From Promethearchaeota archaeon (lineage in GTDB: Archaea; Asgardarchaeota; Lokiarchaeia; Sigyniarchaeales; SOKP01), in assembly GCA_048941015.1 (NCBI GenBank), contig JBHLNZ010000002.1, forward strand, positions 65,964 through 129,963: a stretch of 64,000 nucleotides of DNA. The letters are read 5' to 3'. The notes under the pieces are model-generated. The model was not told the DNA's origin. It ran no database searches and was given only the letters and a program-made list of their open reading frames with translations. Positions 10,042-19,760 of this stretch are shown here, one piece after another; positions within the stretch are counted from its first letter, which is position 1, and each line of letters begins with the position of its first letter. The position numbers and the translations under genes were made by a program.

Positions 10042-11859
10042 TCATACATTTGATTTTAAATCTAGCTCATATGGTTTCAATGTATTTAATTCTATTATTG
10101 GAACTATTCCTGGAGTAGGTTTTATACCAAAACTTCTCATAAAGTCTGTTTGAGCTTGGAAACATCCTGAATTTATGAGAGTAACGTTTCTATGATAACC
10201 TAATCCATTTATATGAATATGTCCTGTATGAAATATATCAGGAATATGATCTATTACGAGCCAATCATTTGCAGTTGGAGCAATTTGTGTTTTTTCTCCA
10301 TAAATAGGTGCTAAATGTCGGCAAATTAGTAATTCTTTCATAATTTCTGCAGGTTTATTTATATCTAAATCATAAAGTAACATATTCATATCATGCATAC
10401 TTTCTCCATGATAGACAAGAGTTTTGACGTTATTAGTCTTAATCATAGATGGATTTCCTAAACATTTTACTCCTAAATTAAGTAATTCTTCACAATACTT
10501 TTTTGGAACTGCTGGACGAGCAATTGCATTTCTAACAGGTTCATGATTTCCTGAAGTATAAAAAATTTGAATATAATCTGGAATTTCATATAATAGTTCA
10601 GCGGCTTTTTTATACTGATTGTAAATATCTGAAATAACTAAATCTATCTCCTGATTTGGATAGACTCCTATACCATCGACTAAGTCACCATTTATAACGA
10701 TATACTTAATCTTCCCTGCAATATCTCTTATACTTTTGTTTCCAATTTTGCCATTTATAAAATCTATAAACCTTTTAAATAATGGTTCTTCAAATTCTTT
10801 ACTACCAATATGTGTATCAGAAATTAATGCAATAGATAAGGGTTCATTAGAAAGAGATGGTTGAAAATCAGCGGGAATATCAATTTTTGTTAAATAATTT
10901 GCAAAAATTATCCCTTTTTTTCCTTTATCTCCTGCATTATATACACCCTCAACATATAACATTTGGTCATTAACAATTCTTTCAACTTTTTTAACAGTTT
11001 CATCTTCTTCTGTACTTTTACGAATTAAAACATTAATTACACCCGTGGTATCTTCTAATTCAAATAAGAAATTATTATTCTTAGTCTGATGAATATTAGA
11101 GACTAAACCAATAGTAGAAACCTCTGAATTACTATATAATCTGAGAATATTATTAATGTTTGTTGCCGTAAGCACATCTGGTCTTTTTCTCATCAGATTA
11201 TGAAGTTTAGTAAATTTTTGTTTAGTATATTCATAAAAATCTTCATAGTCTCCAGAGGTATATAATTTACCTGTCGGATCTTTCAAAACTTCATAATTAG
11301 AAGCGTAATCCTTAGCAATTGGTTTGAATTTAAGATTAGATTTTGCTGACCCTATCGGCTTGATTTCTAACTTCCTCTTTATTAAATTTGATTCCTTTTC
11401 CTCTAAAATATTATCAAATTTTACAGATTTATTTATAGCAGATTTTTGATTCTCGACTTCATATGCAAGATTACTTAATTCACTTTTCAATTCTTGTTGA
11501 GAACCTTTGATAAGATTTTCTGAAAAAGATTTTACAGGGCTGTCATATTTTTCACTTAGTGAAGTTTTTGGTTTGAATGATACTCTTTTTAATATTGATT
11601 GCAATTTTTCGTTTGAAATTTCCTTTAAAACAGTTCCAGTTAAATGACTTTTAAAATTAGGAATAAAGCTAGTTTCTTTAATTATTAAATTCAAATTTTC
11701 ATGAGGATTTTCAAGATTTAGGATAAAATCTAACATTTCTGGAGTAGCATTTATTCCAGAATTAACTAATGTATTGATTATTTCACGTTTTAAAGATAAT
11801 TTATCATCCTTCAAAATGCGTTCTTCCAAGCAAAAATTATTATATTTATAGAGAAGCAA
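10042..11859 (-). CDS. polB: DNA polymerase D small (proofreading) subunit DP1
   Basis: OB fold (LEDTTG), ISDTHIGS, GDLVDGIGVYPNQ, GNHE, YHG, FHTGHIH, NSGCFQ. Confidence 0.96.
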   Translation of the reverse strand: MLLYKYNNFCLEERILKDDKLSLKREIINTLVNSGINATPEMLDFILNLENPHENLNLIIKETSFIPNFKSHLTGTVLKEISNEKLQSILKRVSFKPKTSLSEKYDSPVKSFSENLIKGSQQELKSELSNLAYEVENQKSAINKSVKFDNILEEKESNLIKRKLEIKPIGSAKSNLKFKPIAKDYASNYEVLKDPTGKLYTSGDYEDFYEYTKQKFTKLHNLMRKRPDVLTATNINNILRLYSNSEVSTIGLVSNIHQTKNNNFLFELEDTTGVINVLIRKSTEEDETVKKVERIVNDQMLYVEGVYNAGDKGKKGIIFANYLTKIDIPADFQPSLSNEPLSIALISDTHIGSKEFEEPLFKRFIDFINGKIGNKSIRDIAGKIKYIVINGDLVDGIGVYPNQEIDLVISDIYNQYKKAAELLYEIPDYIQIFYTSGNHEPVRNAIARPAVPKKYCEELLNLGVKCLGNPSMIKTNNVKTLVYHGESMHDMNMLLYDLDINKPAEIMKELLICRHLAPIYGEKTQIAPTANDWLVIDHIPDIFHTGHIHINGLGYHRNVTLINSGCFQAQTDFMRSFGIKPTPGIVPIIELNTLKPYELDLKSNV

Positions 11860-12055
11860 TTTTAAATTATTTATTATTAAACAAAAAACATCTTTCTTTT
11901 TTATATGAAAGGAGAGTTAAAGTATCATTATTTCTAAAAATTGTAAATCTGTTTTGATTAAAAAGTAAAGATTCAATTAGCCTATTAATAATTTAATTTA
12001 ATATTTTCTGTACAAATTGAATATTAACGATGTAATTACTCATTAGTGATTTTTT

Positions 12056-15000
12056 ATGGTACAGCTTAGTCATGAAATGGAACAATATTTTTCAAAGATT
12101 CAAAAAATGGTCGATGATTGCTATAATATCGCAGAAGAAGCTCGATCTAAAGGTATGGATCCTGAACTTTTCGTAGAATCTCCACAAGCCAAGGATTTAG
12201 CAGGTAGAGTAGAAAAGTTGGTTGGTCCTGAAGGAGTCGCAGAAATTATAAGAGATCTTAAGAGGAAAGGAAAATCTGATGATGAAATCGTTTTTCAAGT
12301 AGTATCTGATATTTTAGATAAGAAAATTGGAGAGATAAAACTTCTTGAAGATAGAGTAGAAAGAGCAATAAGAGTAGGTTTAGCAATTAAAACGATGGGA
12401 GTAGTAAGTGCTCCTTTGGAAGGTATATCTAAAATTTTAATTAAAGAGGATCAACAAGGCAATAAATATTTATCATTATACTTTGCTGGACCAATAAGGG
12501 CTGCTGGAGGTACAACAGCGGCTCTATGCGTGTTAATTGCCGATTATGTAAGAAAGAAGTCAAATATTCCAAAATATGAAGCTACTGAAGGTGAAATTGG
12601 AAGATATGTCGAAGAAGTAAAACTGTATGATAGGAGAGTTCACTTACAATATCCTTCTTCTAATGATGAGATACGTTACGCTGTTCAAAATCTACCAGTG
12701 GAGATTAACGGGGATTCGACTGAGGATGAAGAAGTATCAGCTTTCAGAAATTTACCAAGGATTGAAACAAATAAAATAAGAGGAGGTGCTTGCCTAGTAT
12801 TAAATGACGGAATTCTTCTAAAAGCACCAAAGCTTCTAAAGATAGCTCGAACTATGAGATTAGATGGTTGGGAATGGTTAATAAATCTAAAGAAAATTGC
12901 ACAAAGCCAAGATAAAATTGATAAATCAGAAGAGAAATCTTTTAAGAAAGTAAATAAAATACCACCAAACCCAAAATATATTGCCGATATTATTGCTGGA
13001 AGACCTGTTTTCAGTTATCCTTCAAGAATTGGAGGCCACCGGATAAGATATGGAAGATCTCGAAATACCGGGCTAGCGGCAGCAGGAATGCATCCTGCTA
13101 CAATGGCGATATTAGATGATTTTGTTGCAATAGGTACTCAACTTAGGATTGAAAGACCGGGAAAAAGTGCAAGTATTTGCCCTGTTGATGCAATTGAGCC
13201 CCCTATTGTTAAATTGAATAATGGAAACGTAGTTAAAGTATCAGATCCTATATTAGCAAAAAAAATTTTCCCCGAAATTAAAAAAATATTATTTTTAGGT
13301 GATATATTATTTGCTTTTGGAGAATTTGCTGAAAATAATCATAAGCTTGTGCCTTCTGGATATGTAGAGGAATGGTGGGCATTAGATCTGGAGGAAGCAG
13401 TGAAAAACGAGAAAGTTTTTAATTCAACTGTTAAAAAATTTATAGATCATCCCTTTCAAAACATACCCACAGCTGAAGAAGCAATTTCTCTATCTTTAAA
13501 ATATCAAGTACCCCTACATCCAAAGTATCTTGATTTTTGGGGAAATATTGATGGAAAAGAATTAAAAATATTAAGGAATGCTTTAATAGAAGGTTTTATT
13601 GAATCTGAAAAGCGTATAGTTCTTGAAAATGATAAAGTTATAAAAAATATTCTTGAAAAAGCATTTATATGCCACAATGTTGAAGATTCAAAGATATATT
13701 TTGATGAAAATACTAATTATACTTTTAGAATAATTTTTGGCTTGAATAGTAAGGATATTGATGAAATAAATGAAGATGATGATGTTTTTGTAAATTTATA
13801 TAAAATTTCTAAAATTCAAATAAGAAATAAAGCTCCTTATTTTATGGGGACTCGTATGGGGCGCCCAGAGAAATCTGAGAGAAAAAGTATGAAAGGTGTA
13901 CATACTTTATTTCCTTTAAGCGATAAAGTAGGAAGTTCAAGATTAGTTGAAAAAGCAATTGATTTTGGAAAAATTAAGATTGATATTTGTAGAAAGAAAT
14001 GTCCCAAATGTGGAAATAAAACTATTTTTAATATATGTTCTAAATGTGGAACTCATACCGAATTTCAAAAAATATGTACTAATTGTAAAAAATTGTTTCC
14101 CAAATTTGAAGAGAAATGTTCGCAATGTGGTAAAGTTCTAGATTTCTCAACTGAAGCATCATTTAATATTAAAGCACACATTAGTTCCGTGTTAAAGGCA
14201 TTAAATTTACCTTTACCAAAAAAGTTTAAAGGCATTTTTGGTTTAACAAATCAATTCAAAGTCCCCGAACCAATAGAAAAAGGCATATTAAGAGCTAAAA
14301 ATGGTTTACTTGTATATAAAACAGCGGAGATTAGATATGATGCTACTGATATTCCTCTTACTCATTTTAAGCCAGAGGAAATCAAACTTTCAGTTAAGAA
14401 GGTGAAAGAATTAGGATATAAAAAAGATTATCAGGGTAATGACATTTTAGAAACTAATCAAATAATTGAGCTTAAAGTTCAAGATATTGTCATCTCCGAT
14501 GATTGTGCTGAATATTTCGTAAAAGTGGCTAAATTTATTGATGAAGAACTAGGACTTTATTATGGCATGCATGCATTTTACCATATCGCAAGTAAAGAAG
14601 ATCTGATTGGTCGTTTAGCTGTAGGTCTTGCTCCACATACAAGTGCAGGAATTATAGGTAGAATTATTGGTTTTACCCCAGCCAGATCAATCTATGCACA
14701 TCCCTATTGGCACGCGGCAAAAAGAAGAAATTGTGATGGTGATGAAGATGGTATTATGCTTCTTTTAGATCCGCTATTAAACTTCTCAAGATATTATCTT
14801 CCTAGTAAAATAGGTGGTCGTATGGATGCTACTCTGGTAATTTCAAGTATTTTAGATCCTAATGAGATTGATGTTGAAGCCCATAATCTTGATACTCATT
14901 TTAAATATCCATTAGAATTTTATCAAGCTACTCTTGAGTTTGAGTCTCCATCAAAGTTGGAGAATATTATGAATTTAGTGAAAAATAGATTGGGAACTTC

Positions 15001-15490
15001 TGAACAATATGAAAATATTGGTTTTAATATTCCAACAAAAGATATTAATGAAGGCCCTTCAATTAGTTCTTATAAAACTTATGAAAATATGGAAGAAAAA
15101 ATTGATGCGCAATTACATTTAGCAAAAATAATTAACGCAGTCAAAGCGAAAAAAGTAGCGAAAAAGATATTATCATCTCATTTTAATCCAGATATTCTAG
15201 GTAATTTAAGGAAATTTGCTATTCAAGAGTTTAGATGCGTTAAATGTAATGAAAAGTTCAAAAGACCCCCTCTTTCGAATGGAGGAAAATGTCCTAATTG
15301 TGGAAACCGAGTAATCTTAACTGTAAATAAAGGGGGAATTGAAAAATACATCCCAAAAGCTGTAAAATTATGCGAAGAGTTCAAATTGGATAACTATACA
15401 ATTCAGCGGATGGAGTTAACTAGAGAATATGTAGAGAGCTTGACAAATAATCCAAAAATTAAGCAACAGAAATTGTCGGACTTCTTTTAG
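12056..15490 (+). CDS. polC: DNA polymerase D large catalytic subunit DP2
   Basis: YFAGPIRAAGGT, RYGRSRNTG, GTRMGRPEK, catalytic HAAKRRNCDGDED, zinc fingers, C-terminal PIP-like QQKLSDFF; no intein. Confidence 0.98.
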   Translation: MVQLSHEMEQYFSKIQKMVDDCYNIAEEARSKGMDPELFVESPQAKDLAGRVEKLVGPEGVAEIIRDLKRKGKSDDEIVFQVVSDILDKKIGEIKLLEDRVERAIRVGLAIKTMGVVSAPLEGISKILIKEDQQGNKYLSLYFAGPIRAAGGTTAALCVLIADYVRKKSNIPKYEATEGEIGRYVEEVKLYDRRVHLQYPSSNDEIRYAVQNLPVEINGDSTEDEEVSAFRNLPRIETNKIRGGACLVLNDGILLKAPKLLKIARTMRLDGWEWLINLKKIAQSQDKIDKSEEKSFKKVNKIPPNPKYIADIIAGRPVFSYPSRIGGHRIRYGRSRNTGLAAAGMHPATMAILDDFVAIGTQLRIERPGKSASICPVDAIEPPIVKLNNGNVVKVSDPILAKKIFPEIKKILFLGDILFAFGEFAENNHKLVPSGYVEEWWALDLEEAVKNEKVFNSTVKKFIDHPFQNIPTAEEAISLSLKYQVPLHPKYLDFWGNIDGKELKILRNALIEGFIESEKRIVLENDKVIKNILEKAFICHNVEDSKIYFDENTNYTFRIIFGLNSKDIDEINEDDDVFVNLYKISKIQIRNKAPYFMGTRMGRPEKSERKSMKGVHTLFPLSDKVGSSRLVEKAIDFGKIKIDICRKKCPKCGNKTIFNICSKCGTHTEFQKICTNCKKLFPKFEEKCSQCGKVLDFSTEASFNIKAHISSVLKALNLPLPKKFKGIFGLTNQFKVPEPIEKGILRAKNGLLVYKTAEIRYDATDIPLTHFKPEEIKLSVKKVKELGYKKDYQGNDILETNQIIELKVQDIVISDDCAEYFVKVAKFIDEELGLYYGMHAFYHIASKEDLIGRLAVGLAPHTSAGIIGRIIGFTPARSIYAHPYWHAAKRRNCDGDEDGIMLLLDPLLNFSRYYLPSKIGGRMDATLVISSILDPNEIDVEAHNLDTHFKYPLEFYQATLEFESPSKLENIMNLVKNRLGTSEQYENIGFNIPTKDINEGPSISSYKTYENMEEKIDAQLHLAKIINAVKAKKVAKKILSSHFNPDILGNLRKFAIQEFRCVKCNEKFKRPPLSNGGKCPNCGNRVILTVNKGGIEKYIPKAVKLCEEFKLDNYTIQRMELTREYVESLTNNPKIKQQKLSDFF

Positions 15491-15493
15491 AAA

Positions 15494-16693
15494 TTAATCA
15501 TAATAATTGTCAATTTTCTTTATAGTTGAATAACAGATTTGCAAACATCCATTTAAAATTCTAGCTGAGCATTTATCAGGAGTATCTTTAGAAGAATGAA
15601 TATAGACTGAATCTTTGTCAGAATGAAAACATGCAACTTGAAATTTAGATTTTGTAATTTTTGCTAAAGAAAGAAATGATCGATGATCTGTTTTTGGTAA
15701 TATAATTCTACTATATCTTATCATTGGAATATTCATACTTTTAGCGGACGTTTCAAGTTCTTCGTTTAAAGAGCTATTAATTGGCTTTTTTTTAAAAAGA
15801 CCAGAACTATCTAACAAACCAACATAAGTTCCAACCATATCAATATTGATATTAAAAGATTTATTTAAGTCGTAATCTTTATTTAACTTCCCTACGTGTC
15901 TTTCAACATAATTTTGTGAGCCTAATAAACCCCATTCTTCAGCTCCAGTCCAAATAAAAATCACATCAATATTTTTAAGTGGATTATTTTTTATCATTTT
16001 TGTCATTTCTATTAAAATTGATACACCACTAGCATTATCGATAGAACCCATTGACTTCTTATTGTTATAAATAAGTAAAAAATTAATTATAAGAACAAAT
16101 AATTGGATTAAAGAAGTATAGATAATTAAAGACACAAATGCGTTTGCAGTTCCAGCTCCAGATAAGAAATCTACAATAAACCATAATGAATAAAATATAG
16201 CTATAATCAAGTATGGTATAAACATAATTCTGAAAATAAATATTAGAATACTTTGAATTTTATAAGGGAGGTTAGCTGAAAATGTGTCATAGTGAGCGGA
16301 AAATATGATTAAAGGACGATTTTTTTTATTATTAATACATGGAACGTAACAAATGAGATTCTTAGACTTTTCTTTTTTTACTAATGAAAGGGTGCGTTCT
16401 GTAGGTAAAAAAAATCTTAATGCTAAACAAAAGATAAGAATCACAATTAAGCGAGATAATAGAAGATATCCAAATATAATGAGTAAAACTATTCTAGTTA
16501 GGTATGTTTTGGGTCCAGCATATGAAAAATATTCTATTTTTGATTCAATATTCTCTTTCTTAAGTTCTTCTTGAATATAAAATAAACCCTTAGACTCTCC
16601 AACACTTTCACTAGACCGGTTAAAAGCCAAAGACTTAACATGGTTTATTGTAGCTTCTGGATCATATGAATTCGAATTTATTATATTTACCAC
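15494..16693 (-). CDS. Membrane-embedded M28 family peptidase
   Basis: SAHYD, GSIDNASG, GAEEWGLLGS, INIDMVG, TDH, IHSSKD; TM insertions. Confidence 0.88.
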   Translation of the reverse strand: MVNIINSNSYDPEATINHVKSLAFNRSSESVGESKGLFYIQEELKKENIESKIEYFSYAGPKTYLTRIVLLIIFGYLLLSRLIVILIFCLALRFFLPTERTLSLVKKEKSKNLICYVPCINNKKNRPLIIFSAHYDTFSANLPYKIQSILIFIFRIMFIPYLIIAIFYSLWFIVDFLSGAGTANAFVSLIIYTSLIQLFVLIINFLLIYNNKKSMGSIDNASGVSILIEMTKMIKNNPLKNIDVIFIWTGAEEWGLLGSQNYVERHVGKLNKDYDLNKSFNINIDMVGTYVGLLDSSGLFKKKPINSSLNEELETSAKSMNIPMIRYSRIILPKTDHRSFLSLAKITKSKFQVACFHSDKDSVYIHSSKDTPDKCSARILNGCLQICYSTIKKIDNYYD

Positions 16694-16871
16694 GCTTTAT
16701 AAAATTAAAAAGAACTTTTGTAATTAATGATTTTAAATAATAAAAATATCGTCAATTTATTTATTTTCGGATTTATTACATATTTAAATATCGACTTTTG
16801 TTTAATTGTATACTTGAAAAAATAATTATTTTAATTTAGCTATTTGATTTATGAGTATATTGACAGAAATA

Positions 16872-16986
16872 TGCAGGAGGTGGGAATTTCAATCATTTTC
16901 AATGAGAGAATGATATTTGAACCCACGAAGACCTATGTCACTAGAGCCTCAGTCTAGCGCCGTAGACCAGGCTTGGCAACTCCTGC
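16872..16986 (-). tRNA. tRNA-Leu(GAG) with 30-nt intron at 59/60 (intron 16886-16915)
   Basis: Acceptor GCAGGAG/CTCCTGC; anticodon arm CTAGA-CTGAGGC-TCTAG; long variable arm; T-loop interrupted by a perfect BHB. Confidence 0.93.
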
Positions 16987-17224
16987 AATTTTTAAATTAT
17001 GTTTTCTTTAAGGACCTACTTAAATTCTATTTTAATAGAATTAATGAATTAAATAAGAGAAATTTTAAAAATTTTATTTGTCGATTTTATTAATTTATCC
17101 ACTATTTAAATGGAAAACATATTAAAAAAAAATTTTTATTCACGAAACTTTAACTTATCTTATAATTTAATCAATATAACTCAAATATAAAATCATTTCA
17201 ATAAAAAATAATAAGTGTAGAGAT

Positions 17225-18238
17225 TTGTCTATTGATACTAAAAAATTAAAAGCACTATTACAATGGTATAAGCAAAATATCGGCGAGAATTTAATCGCAG
17301 CCCTTATAGTTAATAGAGATGGTCTTATAATTGATTCTTTAACTAATTCGTCAGAAAAGTTGGTTGATGAAGAAATTGTTGGAGGAGTAAGCGCACTTGT
17401 GGAACCTGTTTTAACAAGAATTACTGAAGAATTCAGTTCTGGCTCTTTTGGAACTGGAACTTTTGATACTGAAGAATATAGATTCATTTTTTGCGAAGCT
17501 GGCCCTGAAGCTGTACTTGTTACAGTATTAGATGCAGTAGCGGGAGTAGATCCCATATTTCCATATGCCTATTTAGCAGCTGAGAAAATTGCTCGAATAT
17601 TCGACGGTAGAACTGTTAGTCCAGTCATACCTAAATTAATAAAAGATAAAGATGCTAAAAGTATACAAAGAAAATTAGAAAAACTTCAAAAAATCAAAAT
17701 TAAATCTGGAGAATATGCTTTCAAATTAATTCTAGGCGGTGATGGAGCAGTTGGAAAGACAAGTATGGTACATCGATTTGTTGAAGATAAATTTGAAAAA
17801 GATTATAAGTCAACAATAGGAACTTCGATTATGAAAAAGGAATGCAGATTTGAAGGATTAGATAGCGGGGTTCGCTTCGTTATATGGGATTTAGCAGGAC
17901 AAGCGCAATTCAAAAGAGTAAGGCAATCTTATTTAGCCAATGCGGAAGCAGGGATCTTAGTTTATGATGTAACTAACAAAACTTCATTTGAAAATGTAGA
18001 AAATTGGAATAATGAAATAAAAAATGGCTCACCCAATATTTCTTTAATCTTAGTAGGTAATAAGATTGATTTAGAGGAGAATAGAGAGGTTAGCTTCGAA
18101 GAGGGAGAGAAATTAGCTCAAGAGTTAGGATTATCTTATATAGAAACATCTGCTAAAACTGGTGAAAACATAGAGGATGCGTTTAAAATGCTTGCTTTAC
18201 AAATTATCCAGAAATATATAATCACTGAAGAGTTATAA
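17225..18238 (+). CDS. Roadblock/LC7 domain fused to Rab-like small GTPase
   Basis: AALIVNRDGLII roadblock N-terminus; GDGAVGKT, STIG, WDLAGQ, NKID, ETSAK; TTG start. Confidence 0.9.
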   Translation: MSIDTKKLKALLQWYKQNIGENLIAALIVNRDGLIIDSLTNSSEKLVDEEIVGGVSALVEPVLTRITEEFSSGSFGTGTFDTEEYRFIFCEAGPEAVLVTVLDAVAGVDPIFPYAYLAAEKIARIFDGRTVSPVIPKLIKDKDAKSIQRKLEKLQKIKIKSGEYAFKLILGGDGAVGKTSMVHRFVEDKFEKDYKSTIGTSIMKKECRFEGLDSGVRFVIWDLAGQAQFKRVRQSYLANAEAGILVYDVTNKTSFENVENWNNEIKNGSPNISLILVGNKIDLEENREVSFEEGEKLAQELGLSYIETSAKTGENIEDAFKMLALQIIQKYIITEEL

Positions 18239-18239
18239 A

Positions 18240-18368
18240 TGGAGCCTCTGGGGGGAATTTCATGTCAGAGTGTTTCTCAATGACATCTTGAACCCCCGAT
18301 CTACAGATTACGAATCTTTAGCATTCTTTTTTAAGAAGAATGTTGCTATACCGCTAAGCCACAGAGGC
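18240..18368 (-). tRNA. tRNA-Thr(CGT) with two introns (about 28/29: 18318-18341; 59/60: 18257-18286) and encoded CCA
   Basis: Acceptor GCCTCTG/CAGAGGC-T-CCA; spliced anticodon arm ACAGA-TTCGTAA-TCTGT; both inserts fold as BHB or relaxed BHB. Confidence 0.9.
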
Positions 18369-18420
18369 AAAATATTTTACTTATTATATATTAATATAAA
18401 AAAAATATAAAATTTTTCCA

Positions 18421-19437
18421 ATGAATCAAAAGCATTATATTAGTGAACTTGGGGAAATTAAATTAATTGAAATTATCGAAAATTTAGTATTTGAGAAGCT
18501 TGGAAAGAATTTGATAAGGGATGATTCTTTTTATTTTGAACTTGAAAAAACTACAAACCAGAAATTGTTAATATTTAACTCTGATATGCTGGTCGCTTCA
18601 TCCGATGTTCCTAGACTGATGTCATTTTATCAAATTGGAAGAAAAGCTGTAATAATGAATTTAAGTGATTTATTTATTAAAGCCGTTAAACCGAAAGGAA
18701 TTATCATGAGTCTTGGATTACCAGATAATTTAATGATATCATCTTTTAAAGAATTACTGAGAGGTATTGTTGATCAATGCGAAAGATATGGTTTAGATTA
18801 TATTGGAGGAGATTTAAATAAGACTGGAGAAATTATTATAAATCCCACCGTCTTTGGTTTTAAAGATCCTAAAAAAATATTATATAGAACTGGGATCGAA
18901 GAGGGAGATTTTCTTGTTTCTAATAATAAATTTGGATTAACTGGTGTAGGTTTTGATATTCTTTTAAATAAGAATGGAACTCCTGAGAAATATCCAAAAT
19001 ATAAAAAATCAATTAAAAGTGTCCTAGAACCGGAAGTTTTTGGACTAGAAGCATATATATTAGCTGAAAAGAATTTGGCTTCTGCAGCGATTGATTCATC
19101 AGATGGATTATTAAAATCTTTAAAAGACTTAATGCTATCAAATCCTCATCTTGGATTTGAAATAAATTGTAATGAAAATTTAATTGATAAAGAAGCGTTA
19201 TTATATTCGGAAGAATTTAACATCCCAATCGAAGGATTAGTTTTTGAAGCTGGTGAAGAATTCATACATTTATTTATAATCAAACCACAAAATCTGAGAT
19301 TAATAAGTAGTATTATACAAGAAAGGGGAGGGAAAATTTTTAAAATTGGAAGAGTTATTTCTGAAGAGAAAGTAAATATTATAAAGGATGGAGTTAAGAT
19401 TGAATTAGAAGGATTTGGTTATGAGCATTTTAGGTAA
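18421..19437 (+). CDS. thiL: Thiamine-monophosphate kinase
   Basis: LGE..LI, DD, G.KAV..NLSD, IGGDLN, AIDSSDGL, GEEF, GYEHF. Confidence 0.93.
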   Translation: MNQKHYISELGEIKLIEIIENLVFEKLGKNLIRDDSFYFELEKTTNQKLLIFNSDMLVASSDVPRLMSFYQIGRKAVIMNLSDLFIKAVKPKGIIMSLGLPDNLMISSFKELLRGIVDQCERYGLDYIGGDLNKTGEIIINPTVFGFKDPKKILYRTGIEEGDFLVSNNKFGLTGVGFDILLNKNGTPEKYPKYKKSIKSVLEPEVFGLEAYILAEKNLASAAIDSSDGLLKSLKDLMLSNPHLGFEINCNENLIDKEALLYSEEFNIPIEGLVFEAGEEFIHLFIIKPQNLRLISSIIQERGGKIFKIGRVISEEKVNIIKDGVKIELEGFGYEHFR

Positions 19438-19563
19438 TCAGTTTTTAAAGCTTAACTTTCCTAACTTAGAAATTAAAATATTAACGAAAAAGTTTTATAT
19501 CATTATAGACTTAATCTATTACTGTTTTAATCAAAAAATGGTCTTTATTAAATTGAAACATTT

Positions 19564-19637
19564 GGGCCATTAGCGCAGGCAGGTAGCGCAGCAGGCTTTT
19601 AACCTGAAGGTCGTGGGTTCAATTCCCACATGGCCCG
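19564..19637 (+). tRNA. tRNA-Lys(TTT), intronless
   Basis: GGGCCAT/ATGGCCC acceptor; CAGG-CTTTTAA-CCTG anticodon arm; GTGGG-TTCAATT-CCCAC T arm. Confidence 0.95.
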
Positions 19638-19760
19638 CAATTTTTACTATTATTTAATAGTTCACTTTTTTATTCAAAATCTATATATGATTTTGGTATT
19701 AATAACGATAATATTTAATTTCCCCAATATTTAATAATTATAATAAAACCTTCTTTTTTT

